Below, one piece after another: positions 38,120 to 51,479 of a stretch of 64,000 bases of DNA. Each line of letters opens with the position of its first letter. Within the stretch, counting starts at the first letter, position 1. The translations under genes and the position numbers were made by a program. This DNA comes from Ginglymostoma cirratum. Its lineage: Eukaryota. The stretch lies in assembly GCA_024137785.1 (NCBI GenBank), contig JAHRHZ010000107.1, positions 248,001 to 312,000 on the forward strand, read 5' to 3'. The notes under the pieces were generated by a model. That model was given only the letters and a program-made list of their open reading frames with translations. It was not told the DNA's origin and did not search any database.

Positions 38120-38900
38120 GGAGTTTAATTTAGATAAACGTGAGGTGCTACATTTTGGAAAGTCAAAGCAGGGCTGGACTTATACTCTTCATGGTAATAT
38201 CCTGGGGAGTGTTGCCGAACAAAGAGATCTTGGAGTGCATGTTCATATTTCCTCGAAAGTGGAGCCACAGATAGACATTCAGCATGCTTGCCTTTATTGG
38301 TCAGTGCATTGAGTATAATACTTGGGGGGTCATGTTGCGGCTGTACAGGACATTGATTAGGCCACTTTTGGAATACCGCACTCAGTTCTGGTCTACCTGC
38401 TATAGGAAGGATGTTGGGAAAGTTAAAAATATTTACAAGGATGTTGCCAGGTTTGAGCTATAGGAAGAGGCTGAATAGGCTGGAGCTATTTTCCCTGAAG
38501 TGTTGGAGGCTGTGTGGTGACTATGTTGAAGTTTATAAAATCATAATGGGCATGGATACGACAATGAGCCAAGGTCTTTTTCCCAGGTGGGGGGGGGGGT
38601 CAAAAATTAGAGGACATGGGTTTAAGATGAGATATGGATATTTACAAGAGGCCTAAGGAACAACATTTTCTTGCAACAAGTGGTGTGTATATGGAATCAG
38701 CTGCCAGAGTAAGTGATTGAGGCTGCTACAATTACAATGTTTAAAAGGCATCTGGATGAGCACATGAATAGGAAGGGTTTAGAGGGATATGGGCCAAATG
38801 CCGTCAAATGGAACTAGAATAATTTAGGATATCTGGTCAGCATGGACGAGTTGCACTGAACAGTCTACTTCCAAGTTGTACTTCTGTATGTATGTATGGA
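38120..38900 (+). mobile_element. CR1 LINE 3' portion
   Basis: FTRMLPGLSYRKRLNRLELFSL...VEVYKI; CR1 tail. Confidence 0.88.
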
Positions 38901-38934
38901 CGTATGAATCAAGGATTAGAAAGCGTCCTGTCAA

Positions 38935-41900
38935 GATACATGAAAGCAGGATATGGCAACTCCTCTTCCAAAGACCACAAGAGGATCGTGAACAGAACCC
39001 AGTCCATCATGCAAACAAGCCTTCCAACCATTGCCTCCATCTATACTACCTGCTGCCTAGGGAACATAGAACAAAGAACAATACAGCGCAGAACAGGCCC
39101 TTCGGCCCTCGATGTTGCATCGACCTGTGAATTAATCTAAGCCCATCCCCCTACACTATCCCATCATCATCCATATGCTTATCCAAGGACTGTTTAAATG
39201 CCCCTAATGTGGCTGAGTTAACTACATTTGCAGGCAGGGCATTCCACGTCCTTATCACTCTCTGAGTAAAGAATCTGCCTCTGACATCTGTCTTAAATCT
39301 ATCACCCCTCAATTTGCAGCTATGCCCCCTCGTACAAGCCGATGTCATCATCCTAGGAAAAAGACTCTCACTGTCCACCCTATCTAATCCTCTGATCATC
39401 TTGTATGTCTCTATTAAATCCCCTCTTAGCCTTCTTCTCGCCAATGAGAACAGACCCAAGTCCCTCAGCCTTTCCTGATAAGACCTTCGCTCCAGACCAG
39501 GAAACATCCAGGTAAATCTCCTCTGCACCTTTTCCAACTCTTCCACATCCTTCCTGTACCGGGGCGACCAGAACTGCACGCAATATTCCAAGTGAGGTCG
39601 CACTTTGTATTGTACAGTTGCAGCATGACATCACGGCTCTGGAACTCAATCCCTCTACCAATGAAACCTTACATACCGTATGCCTTCTTAACAGCACCAT
39701 CAACCTGGGTGACAACTTTCAGGGATCTATGTACCTGGACACAAAGATCCCTCTGCACATCCACACTACCAAGAATCTTTCCATTGACCCAGTATTCTGC
39801 CTTCCTATTATTCTTCCCAAAGTGAATCACCACACGTTTATCTGCATTAAACTCCATTTGCCACCTTTCAGCCCAATTCTGCAGTTTATCCAAGTCTTCC
39901 CGCAACCTGCAACATTCTTCCACACTTTCCACCACTCCACCGGCTTTAGTGGCATCTGCAAACTTACTAACCCATCCACCTATGCCTGCGTCCAAGTCAT
40001 TGATAAAAATGACAAACAGCAGTGGTCCCAAAACAGATCCTTGGGGCACACCACTAGTAACCGGACTCCAGGCTAAATATTTTCCATCAACCACCACGCG
40101 TTGCCTTCTTTCAGAAAGCCAGTTTCTAATTCAAACTGCTGAATCTCCCTCAATCCCAAGCCTCCGCATTTTCTCCAATAGCCTACCATGTGGAACCTTA
40201 TCAAAGGCTTTACTGAAATTCATGTGCACCACGTCAACTGCCCTACCCTCATCCACATGCTTGGTCACCTTCTCAAAAAACTCAGTGAGGTTTGTGAGAC
40301 ACGACTTGCCCTTGACGAATCCATGTTGACTATCTCCAATCAAATTGTTGCTTGCTAGATGATTATAAATCCTATCTCTTATAATCCTTTCCAAAACTTT
40401 TCCTACAACAGACACAAGGCTCACTGGTCTGTAATTACCTGGGTCATCTCTACTGCCCTTCTTGAACAAGGGCAGAACATTTGCAATCCTCCAGTCCTCT
40501 GGTACTAAACCTGTAGACAATGACGACTCAAAGATCAAGGCCAAAGGCTCCGCCATCTCCTCCCGAGCTTCCCAGAGAATCCTCGGAAAAATCCCATCCG
40601 GCCCAGGGTATTTATCTACCTTCACACCTTCTAGAATTGATAACACCTCCTCCTTACTAACCTCAATCCTTTCAAGTCTAATAGCCCGTATCTCAGTCTT
40701 CTCCTCTACAATATTCTCCTTTTCCTGAGTGAAAACAGATGAGACATATTCATTTAGCACCTCTCCAATCTCCACAGGGTCCACACACAACTTCCCACTT
40801 CTGTCTTTGACTGGCCCTATTCTTACCCTAGTCATCCTTTTATTCCTCACATACCTACAGAAAGCTTTAGGGTTCTCTTTTATTCTACCTGCTAATGACT
40901 TCTCAAGCCCCCTCCTTGCTCTTCTTAACTCTCTCTTTAAATCCTTTCTAGCTAATCTGTAACTCTCCATCGCCTCATCTGAACCAACTCGTCTCAATGT
41001 CACATAAGCCTCCCCCTTCCACTTAACAAGAGATACAATTTCTTTCGTAAACCAAGGTTCCCTTACCTTATCACTTCCTCCCTGCCTGACAGGGACATAC
41101 CTATCAAGGACACGCAATATCTGCTCCTTAAACCAGCTCCACATTTCGATTGTCCCCATCGCCTGCATTTTGCTACCCCATTCTATCCCTCCTAAGTCTT
41201 GCCTAATCGCACTTCCCCCATCTATAAATCTTGCCCAGTGGCATGTTCTTATCCCTTTCCATCGCTAAACTAAACGTGACCGAATTATGGTCACTCTCTC
41301 CAAAGTGCTCACCTACCACTAAATCAAACACCTGGCCTGGTTCATGACCAAGTACCAGATCCAGTGTGGCCTCTCCACTTGTCGGCCCTTTGACATACTG
41401 TGTCAGGAAAGCCTCCTGCACACATTGGACAAAAACTGATCCATCCGACGTACTAGAGTTATAACATTTCCACTCAATGTTGGGGAAGTTAAAGTCTCCC
41501 ATAATGACCACCCTGTTCCTTTCACTCCTGCCCAGAATCGTTTTGCCAATCCTCTCCTCCACATCCCTGGAACTTTGCGGAGGCCTATAAAAAGCTCCCA
41601 GCAGTGTGACCTCTCCTCTCCTGTTTCTGACCTCAGCCCATACCACCTCAGTCGACGAGTCCTCGTCAAAAGTTCTTTCAGCCACCGTTATACTGTCCTT
41701 GACTAACAAAGCCACACCTCCCCCTCTTTTACCACCTTCTCTGATCTTTATGAAAGATCTAAACCCTGGAATCTACAACATCCATTCCTGACCTTGCTCT
41801 ATCCATGTCTCTGAAGTGGCCACAACATCGAAGTCCCAAGCACCTATCCACGCTGCAAGCTCACCTACCTTATTCCGGATACTCCTGGCGTTGAAGTAGA

Positions 41901-43218
41901 CACACTTCAAACCAGCTTGCTGTCTGCCAGCACAATCCTGTGACGGTGAAATCCTGTCCATGTCCTCCCTACTCTCATCCTCCTGTGTACTGGAACTACA
42001 CCACAGGTTCCCGTCCCCCTGCTGAGCTAGTTTAAATCCACCCGAATAGCACTAGCAAATTTCCCACCCAGGATATTAGTACCCCTCTGGTTCAAGTGAA
42101 GACCGTCCTGTTTGTAGAGGTCCCACCTTCTCTAGAATAAGCCCAATTATCCATATACCTGAAACCCTCCCTCTTGCACCATCCCTGCAGCCACGTGTTC
42201 AGCTGATATCTCTCCCTGTTCTTCGCCTCGCTGTCACATGGCACGGGTAACAAACCAGAGATAACAACTCTGTTTGTTCTAGCTCTCAGCTTCCACCGTA
42301 GCTCCCTGAAATCCTGCCTTACGTTCCTATCCCTCTTTCTACCTATGTCGTTGGTACCTATGTGGACCACGATTTGGGGCTGATCACCCTCTCCCTTCAG
42401 GACCCCAAAGACACGATCCGAGACATCACGGACCCTGGCACCTGAGAGGCAACACACCAACCGTGAGTCTCTTTCGTTCCCAACAAACCTTTTATCTGAC
42501 CCTCTAACTATTGAGACCCCAATGACTAACACTCTCCTCCTTTCCCCCCTTCCCTTCTGTGCAAGAGGGACAGACTCTGTGCCAGAGACCTGCACCCAGT
42601 GCATGCCCCCGGTAAGTCGTACCCCCAACAGTATCCAAAATGGTATACTTGTTTTTCAGGGGAACGACCACAGGGGATCCCTGCACTGACTGTTTTTCCC
42701 CCCTTCTAACAGTTACCCAGCTTCCTTCGTGCCTAGGAGTAACTACATCCCTGTAACCCTTATCTATCACAGACTCTGCCTCCCGAATGATCTGAAGTTC
42801 ATCCAGCTCCCGCTCCAGTTCCCTAACACGGTCTTGGAGGAGCAAGAGTTGGGTGCACTTCCTGCAGCAGCAACATCATCAAAAATGCTTTCACCCTGGC
42901 TATACTATCTTCAACCCTTTTTCATTGGGCAGAATGCATTAAAAAATTATACGATTCTGTACAAACACATTCGAGGACAGCTTCTTCCCCGCTGTTTTCA
43001 AATTTTTGAACAGATCTCTCTGATGTTAATTGTGATCTGTCTCTCTCTGTCTCTCTCTCTCTCTGTGCACCAACTCTCAGTCTGTAACATTGCATTCTGA
43101 ACTATTTTCTGCTACCCTGGTGTGCTTTAATTGGTACAATCTGCCTAGTAGCACGAAAAACAACAATTTTCACTGTTTTGAAACACATGACAAAAATAAA
43201 TCGATCGATCAATCAATT
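38935..43218 (+). mobile_element. Rex1/Babar-type non-LTR element 3' end, split by the CR1 at 39062-42866
   Basis: Left part GYGNSSSKDHKRIVNRTQSIMQTSLPTIASIYTTCCLG; right part (42866 onward) NIIK..HPGYTIFNP...DSFFPAVF..LN; tail ending (tcaa/tcga)n. Confidence 0.7.
39062..42866 (-). mobile_element. Near full-length young CR1 LINE (partial ORF1 with SGNH esterase, ORF2 APE+RT broken by a few stops/frameshifts)
   Basis: ORFs 42504-42845, 42092-42628 (VIGVSIVRG, VHIGTND), 41773-41961 and 41203-41715 (APE: NARSIRNK, YRPP, MGDFN, SDH), 40131-41168, 39669-40097 and 39151-39603 (RT). Confidence 0.96.
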
Positions 43219-44340
43219 TTAGGAGTGCTTGCAATGTGCGGGTAAAGTCTAAGATCAGTAGTGATTGTGTTCAATGTCTGAACAGGTTAGATCAATTGTA
43301 TAATCTGCCCTAATTTCTCTCTGTTGCCTTCTGGTGTTTTTATGGCCTTTTTGTACAATTCATTGTCTTAATCCAAAATTGACCTCTCTGCCTCATTACT
43401 TCACTATGGCCTTGAAATATTCTTGACAAAATTATATCATTAAATTTTTAAAGAAATCCAGCTAAAATACTCACTCTCAAAAACTCTACAGAAATTTTAA
43501 AAAAGCAATCTAATTACGATTTTTGCCCCAATGGTAATCTAAAACTAACTTCCTTGGACTTTGCACATAGGTTCATTTTTTCAACAGAAGTTATGTTCAA
43601 TATCATTATATCCTACACCACAAGTTTCAATCAATCCCAAACCCATCCGTTTTTCACATATTTTCTACATTGGCCTTCGTTATTATCATAATTACAATGT
43701 AGCAGTCCCAAAATAATTCCACTCAGATGCATCACACATTTAAATGATCCAAGCATTGGGTGTTTTGTGATCAGAAGTGATGCATAGTATTAAATCAATG
43801 CAGCAATTATCAGTTTCATTCCAGGTTTAGTACACAAATAACGGTTGATTTGCAACTGTAAAATGACGATGCTGTTTTCACAGACAAAGGAAATCATTTT
43901 ATCACAGCGCAAGACTTTGGAAAATCAAGCACAGATGTTAATATCAAGTTGTTTTCAGCATTCGCATTTGCAACTTGGAAAGTCAAGACCTCGTGGCGAC
44001 AACCATCTTGTTGCAGAATTAGGAAATTTAGGTTTAATTATCAGCAAACACAAAGGTTTCTATCAAGGCATAGTAAATTTTGAAGTTTGTTTTATTCTGC
44101 TCAGGCATGTCGCCAGTCAGTAAATTGATGTAACTTTGCAGGAAAATCACCTGTGGGCGCAATAGTATCTGCTGCAGGAAGTCAAGTATCAGCAAGTTAG
44201 GATGATTTTCTCACTGTGTCACTTCATGCGTCAGAAAATTGGGATTCTTGCTCCACTGCATGATCTGTTAGATTATTGATTCTTGTATTTTTCAATGAAG
44301 CAGGGAGATAATAGGAAAAGGCAAGCAGATTTTTTTTGTT

Positions 44341-45242
44341 TCATTTACTTAATTTACTCAATAGATTCAGGGGATATTTCACTGCACTTTTTATCTGCTC
44401 CCTGAATTTTCTCTGTGTCACTGAATAAATAAATGTGTTTGTGCAGCAACTAAGCATCTGCAACATGTTTGCACTTTCTTGCAGAATAAATTTGGGGTCA
44501 CTGAAGCCTTTCATTTTGTAATTACTTGTAAATCTGTCATAAAAGAACTGTGCAACGTAAGCCATCCACAAAAGGATGAAACTTCCAGAGATAGCAAAAA
44601 GTAAAACAATGGACTTTCTCCTGTTCTCCATTTCTGGGTCATTTGGATTTTCTTTCTTATTCTGCGCCCGGAGTCTCCTACGGGCAGTACTGCTCACGAC
44701 AATATGCCTGACGGTCAGAGCATTGAACAAAAGAATCAGAAGGAACGCGAGGCATGGCGTCAAAATACGGTCAGACCAATCAAACACTGTCCACACTGTT
44801 GAAGTATAACGAATTTTCTTCTGTCGGCAGTACCAGGGTACATTATCAATTACATAGATAGGTTCATGTATAAAGTACCAGGGAACACTTTTCAAACATC
44901 CCAGGGCACAAAGAAATCCTATAACAAACCCTGCACTTTTTTCAGTGCAATATTTTGATTTCAGCTTCTGGCAACAAATAGCCACAAATTGATCAAAGGT
45001 GAAAGCCACCGTTAACCAGACGGAACTGTCTCTGGTTGCGTGAATCAATGCAATGCTGAGACTACAAACAGGAGTAATGAACAGAAAACTACCAGGTGAA
45101 TAAATGCCAGGAATACGATTCATTACCACTGCAGTAATAATGACCAGGAGATCCATCACTGCCATGGACAACAAGTACTGAGTGATACATCGAGAGAGGC
45201 CACATCTTCCTTGGGACAGGATTACAATCGCCACTAAATTAA
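44341..45242 (-). CDS. GPR139-like class A GPCR, exon 2 (TM1-TM7); spliced CDS about 323 aa
   Basis: Acceptor ttttcctctcttgcag|TT AAT TTA GTG; seven hydrophobic segments, AVMDLL, VWLTVAFTFDQFVAIC, DPEMENRRKSIVLLF, SCCTNTFIYSVTQRKFR, typical of the shark-expanded GPR139/142-like family. Confidence 0.9.
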
Positions 45243-45570
45243 CTGCAAGAGAGGAAAAATATCACATGATACACTTCCAGCAGTAGCAATACGTAAAGTT
45301 TCTAGCTGCGAAATTTGAAGTGAAGAGGATTGTTTTACTTCAAGCTTCTGGTGAAATAAGCCAAAACATCAAACGGTATGATTGTTATTCTTATACAGCA
45401 TAAAAATATGAATAATGAATGTATTCAGATTTACATTGGTTAATTATTCAACAAATTAACAACGGGTTTAAATTTAAATAAGTTTAAATTCATAACAAGC
45501 AAAAATGGAAATGACTGGAGGACCTCAGCAGGTCTGACAGAATTTGTGGACAGTGAAGTGATGTGGACAA

Positions 45571-45932
45571 GGGAGGTGATGGCCAAGTGGCATTATCGCT
45601 AGACTGTTTATCCAGAGATCCAGATAATGTTCTGGGGATCCGGGTCAAATCCTGCCACTACGGATGGTGGAATTTGGACTCAATAAATATATGGAATTAA
45701 GAGCCTAATGATGACCGTGAATCCATTGTCGATTGTTGGAAAAACCCATCTGGTTCACTAATATCCTTTAGGGAAGGAAACTGCGATCCTCACCTGGTGT
45801 GGCCTACATGTTACTCCAGACCCACAGCAATGTGGTTGACTCTGAACTGCCCTCTGGGCAATTAGGGATGGGCAGTAAGTGCTGCCTGGTCAGTGACACC
45901 CTCATCCCATGAATGAATGAATAAAAAAAAAA
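45571..45932 (+). mobile_element. tRNA-derived SINE with LINE-derived tail ending (atga)n-A; inserted in a minus-strand PLE terminus (~45495-45972)
   Basis: A-box-like tggccaagtgg, B-box-like gggtcaaatcc, body ctggttcactaatatcctttagggaagg...gggcaattagggatggg...catcccatgaatgaatga. Confidence 0.8.
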
Positions 45933-47923
45933 CGTAGGGTTAACTTTGGAGTCCACTGACTCTAATCAGAACATTCTTCTGAAAGTAATATTTCAATGAA
46001 TGAAACACATTTAACATACATTTATGACAGTTCAACAGCTGACAGACCTTTGAAAGAATTAAGCCATTGTTCCTTGGCTGCTGCCAACAGATTTTGTGAA
46101 TGTTGTCTGAGAAACTAGAAACTACTTTGCAGTTGGCCTGCTACTGACAATGTTACACATGAAAAAAAATTGTTCGAATATCCAAGATTTTGGACAATCT
46201 TCTTCAATGTTGTCATTAACTTGCATCTAATGTCTAACTGGGACACTGATTGAAAACGTTTCATGTAAGACCTATTCGTTTCATGAGGCAACACCTCCTC
46301 AAAACTGAATATGAGCATACTTCTAAGAAAACCCTCCATTCCAAGGCAGAAGCAAATGCAGACCTTTATAAAGTTGGTAAGGTAAACCACATATCTTTTG
46401 AATTATGGCTTAAAATGTACACGTGAGCAAATTGATTAGTTTATCGTATTAAGGAAAACGATTTTTGAATATAAAGGATGAATACATAGGCCATGATATG
46501 TGGCTCAGGTTGCAAACGACAAAGGAGAGTTAAAAGTGGAAAGCCCATCTGCGCAAGTATTTGAATAAATCTTTAGGACATAGTCTCTAGCGTGAGAAAT
46601 TTTCAGCAGATAAGCATAAGTGGAAATCTTCGAAGAGAAATGAGAAAAAAAAACTAGGGCATCTGGGAGCCTGAGATGTATTTTTCTAGGAAATGGTTAA
46701 ATAATGATTACAGTCTGTTATTCTACTGTAATTAATGTTTTGATATTTAATTTGCCATGAATAATTCCAAGCATGAAAAACAGAATCAAATTTCAACATG
46801 TCAATGTTTTGCATCAGCAATTGTTTATTTTTGATATATCTAAGAAGACAGCAGAGTATTTAATAACTTGAACCACAGAACTACAACAAGCCCTTCTGAA
46901 TCCAAGGCTCTCGATAATTTTTTTATGAAGTCCAATGCATTTAATGTCAATGAGGAAAAATTAGCAATTGCACGTCAATCATAGATAGATGACCGTTACC
47001 CATGTGTTTCCATGTTATTCCAACAATCATGTCTATTAAGTAATGAATTGTTACTTTCACATGCTGTGCTTAATGCTGGAGACCAGGTTGCACATCTTCA
47101 TCTTACATTCACATTCCTAATACTTCTGTTGTTTCCTGGTGGTGTTACTATTGATGAGACGGACAGTTACTAAATTTTACAAAATCCTGGAGTTAACTGC
47201 TTATTGATAGACAATGAACAAGATAATTACAGGTGAACAGGGGCAGTCTGCCCAATCCTTGGATTCTGTTCTGCTGCTGAATTACACACTGTATGTCTGG
47301 AAAACTCTATTTCACCAGCCCAGATCTCAGATCCACATCTATTGTCACCAAAAAAGAATCAAGCGATATTTAATATTTTAACTTGAACTTCAGCCTCAGT
47401 TGCACAACTGTGGCAGACCAGGTAAAGAGAACACTTCTTATGAAGATGTGTGTCATGAGATAATGACTCGATGCCTGAACTCGAATTTTAAGGCAATGGA
47501 GTCTTATTCTGGGATATCCACCAAAATAATCGTATTTCTTTCTTCATGCATCCTCCTTGTTGTCCGAATGTTGTTAACCATGATTTTTGCATTCAAAATA
47601 TCTCTGGGATTGGCAAACATGCACAGGAGAGAACTGCCTCAGCTGGTACAGATATTCAATCGGTAATGCTGACGTTAATTTGCAACAGGTTCTCCCATCC
47701 AGCCATAAACTAACTGACACCCAAATGATAACATTCATCTAAGCCCAATAATTCAAATCATGTTTATTGAACTTTTACTCATAGATTAGTCCTCTAATCT
47801 CTGGATCATTCCAGTGAATAATTCCCCGCAAGTTGCATAATCAGAGCTGAATGCTAGAGCATAAGTATTGAAATAAAAACTGACGTTCAATCAAAAAATG
47901 ACTGATTTGCTGCAACACTTTAC

Positions 47924-47993
47924 CTGGAACTGCGATTGCTGCAAGGACCGTGTAGTAAATTGCATATATCAAGCCTCTTGGTGGAGCATGCAT
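47924..47993 (-). CDS. GPR139-like GPCR exon 1
   Basis: ATG...MHAPPRGLIYAIYYTVLAAIAVP G|gtaaag; the phase-1 donor joins exon 2 in frame to give ...IAVPVNLVAIVILS. Confidence 0.85.
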
Positions 47994-50280
47994 TTCCGAA
48001 TGAGAAGTGACAATGTCTATTCGAAGTGCCACAAGTACTCAGTCGACCATCAGGAGGGTTATTTATTGTAGTTGATGCTAAATACCAAGAGACTCCATTA
48101 ATGTTACTGACAGTCACTGAACAAAACAAGTTAGGTGACACCACCATATACATTGTTTAAAGTCATTGGAGATACAAGTTAGTGTGACTGTTTTTATCTT
48201 TACTTCTGAAGTGCTGCATGCACTTAAAGGAATTATTGTTAGAAAAGCTTTTATTTTTCTTACCTGATCTGGCTAACATCTAATGCAAACATTAAACAAA
48301 TCTGTATGATAGATTGGTTCTTAACTGTTCTCTGAAGTGACCATGAAAAACAATCTTTGCTGTCAATCCGGTCAAACAGACTAAAATAAGTCACCATGGA
48401 AACAAAAATGAGACAATAAAGACACAAATGGACACAGATAATGTATTTTTTCCACTTTTAGGAATCTGGCATCAAAGCTAGGGCAGCTGTGTCACATATT
48501 GGAGTAGCAAAAAATGTACATAGGCATATCTTGAGAATAATGCAATGAATCAAAGGTCAATCTCCTCCATCACCATCCTTGGGTATTTCTCGTACCACTA
48601 AAGTAGGAAAACTATGTGAATATAACAGCATATAGCAGGAATTCAAAGTCTTCAAAATCGTCTGCGCACCTTCTCATAGTCCATAGCTTCAAATCGAATA
48701 GGACTATAAACATTTAAAAAGCGAAAATAATCTAATACCATTCTCCAGTTCCTAATCTAATCTCTTCGAAAATAGATGTTTCACAGATTTTAAAATATTG
48801 GTGAATGAAACGAGGGAACAGAAGGAGTAGGCTATTCAGTGAAGTAATATCTGCATTGCCAAAAATGACTTGCTGCTGTTCCCAATGACGAACCAAGCGA
48901 ATCATGAAAGGTATAACTATCAATTTCTGTTTGTGGCAGCCATACAAAGAAATAACTTGAGATTATTGCATGTTTGAACTCTCATCTCTCTATATTAGCA
49001 TTTATGTCAATTCACAAATCTCTCCCTGGGTACCATTCCAATCTTGCCATCTTACTGCCATCTCACTACTTATAGTTACTTTTCTATAATGGTAATTCTC
49101 AACGTAAGTTTTTTTAAGTCTCGAATTCCTCTGTTTCCAATGTTCTGTCGTTTTCCTTTTCTCTGCGTCTGCAACTTTCTCTCTCCTTTCATCAGTGTAT
49201 TTGCAACAAGTCTTTCCTCTATCTCCGTAGGATAAAGCAGAAGCAGGTCACTCAGCCCAACATGGCTGCTCCACCATTCAATTAGGTCATGGTTGATCTG
49301 ATAATCCTCAATTCCACTTTACTGCTGTTCTCACAAAACTCTTGATTTCCTTACAAAGAAAAATCTGTTTATCACAGGGATCCAGCTTCTACAACCCTCT
49401 GCAGTAAGGATTCTACAGATTCATTCCCTTCTGACAGAAGAAATTCGGTTCATATTTATCTTAAAAGGGTGACTCCTTATTTTGTATTTGGAGAGCTATT
49501 AATGTCTTCTACTAAGAAGACTAGTGCAGTGTATTTAGTCAACTCTTCTGACATTTCCTTATGTCCATTATTATTTCCCACCCTTGTTCTCAAAGGCCTG
49601 TTTGAACTTTGGCCTCTGTCCTTATTTTTGTATGCAGAAACGGCCTGCACGTGTATCTGAAGCGACGTGAATGTTGTGAGCACTGTACAACCAATGACCG
49701 GAACAATTTCAGTGAATATGCTTTAAAGAAGTTCATTGATTCTGCTGCTGAAGATGTTTGCGTCGTGGAAATCCTAAAGAAGTAATGTGAAATCAGCTGT
49801 TGCTTTTTCTCAATGGATGTCAATCCCAGACACTGCTGAAGTCAATTCTATTGACTGTGTTTGGGAAATAGAGCAATGAAGTCAGATCCAAACTGACCAG
49901 TGAATAAGGAAGGGGCATATTGGTCTTATATAGAGTGCAGCATAGAAATACCAGTATTATATCAAAGTTGATGTTCGGAAGAAATATTGCACGACATTTT
50001 TATGAAACCTCCAATAAGCAGGATAGGGAATTATTTGGTCGATGAGTTCTATATAAGGGAACACGGAAGTTAGATGGTGGTAGTTCCGTACTGCAGCACG
50101 TAGATGAACATGATTAAGTTAACTCTTAAGGCACAGTTGAAGTTACAAATACTTCAAAATATATTCAAAATTTTTAATACAAGTACAAGAGTCTGACAAT
50201 GTTCATTCTGCCTTCTTAGAAATCCACAATGCCTCTTTCTACTGTCACTTTTTTACTAATTCATTAAGGAACCACTTTTT

Positions 50281-50595
50281 CCATAGAGAATCCCTACAGC
50301 GTAGAAACAGGCCCTTCGGCCCAACAAGTCCACACTGAACCTCAGAGCATCCCACCCAGACCCACCCCACCAACCCTACACCTCCCTGAACACTACGGGC
50401 AATTTAGCATGGCCAATCCGCCTAAACTGCACATCTTTTGGACTGTGGGAGGAAACCGGAGCACCCGGAGGAAACCCGCGCAGACACGGGGAGAATATGC
50501 AAACTCCAAACACACAGACGCCCGAGGCGGGAATCGAACTCTGTCCCTGGCGCTGTGAGGGAGCAGTGCTAACCACTGAGCCACCGTGCCGCCCC
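50281..50595 (-). mobile_element. HE1 (V-SINE) element, well preserved
   Basis: Reverse complement begins gggcggcacggtggctcagtggttagcactgc; V-domain ...ggagtttgcatattctccccgtgtctgcgcgggtttcctccgggtgctccggtttcctcccac. Confidence 0.92.
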
Positions 50596-51124
50596 AAACG
50601 CTGATTGTAAACATATGTATTCAGGTACTGTTAAATGTTAATCGTATTACTTTTGTTCGATATTTCTCCAACTGGCAAATTAAACACTCGTGCAATATAT
50701 TATTCGCTGATGTTCTATCCTTATTCATAATAGCCGTTGTGTTCTGCATTGCATGTACGCGGATGATCGATTTTTAGGCATTGATAATTATTTGAAGATG
50801 TCAGAAGACATCAAGTGCTGAAAAATGAAAAGGACTTGGACTTGGGATTCTTTCTTTCAAAAGATTGAAGTTAATGCTTTCAACGTTATATGCTATCTTC
50901 CTGTTCAGGGCGCACTAGAAAGTGATAGGTTCGAGTTAGCCTGGAGTTTTTTTTTAACTACTTCTTTTTCTTTATTTCAGAAACCAGGGTCAGGAATATT
51001 GAACATTTGTGCTCCAGAACCCGTCACGACCTTCGCCAAGAAAGGTATAGCTATAACATTGGCAACTACCATGTGTTGTGGATGTTTGAGAAGATATACC
51101 TTGTCAACAAACAGGGGGATAATT

Positions 51125-51465
51125 CGAATCATAGAATCCCTGAAGTGCAGAACCAGGACATTTGGCTCAACAAGTCCACATCGCCCTTCCAAAGAGCATC
51201 CCAGACAGACCCATTCCGCTACCCCTGCATTTCCCATGTCTAACCCACCTAACCGAAACATCCCTGAGGGCTATGGGCAACTTAGCATGGCCAATCCACC
51301 TACCTTGCAAATCTTTGGACTGTGGGAGGAAACCAGAGCACCTGGGGGAAACACACACAGACACGGGGAGAATGTGCAAACTCCACACAGACAGCTGCCC
51401 GAGGTGGGATTGAACCCAAGTCCCTGGCACTGCGAGGCAGCAGTGTTAATCCTTGATCCACCGTG
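51125..51465 (-). mobile_element. HE1 SINE
   Basis: Colinear with 50281-50595. Confidence 0.88.
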
Positions 51466-51479
51466 TAGAAAGGAAAAGG

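Noticed and set aside
50520-50595. tRNA-like A/B boxes as a tRNA gene
   Set aside because: It is the tRNA-derived head of an HE1 SINE and continues into the V-domain and LINE tail.
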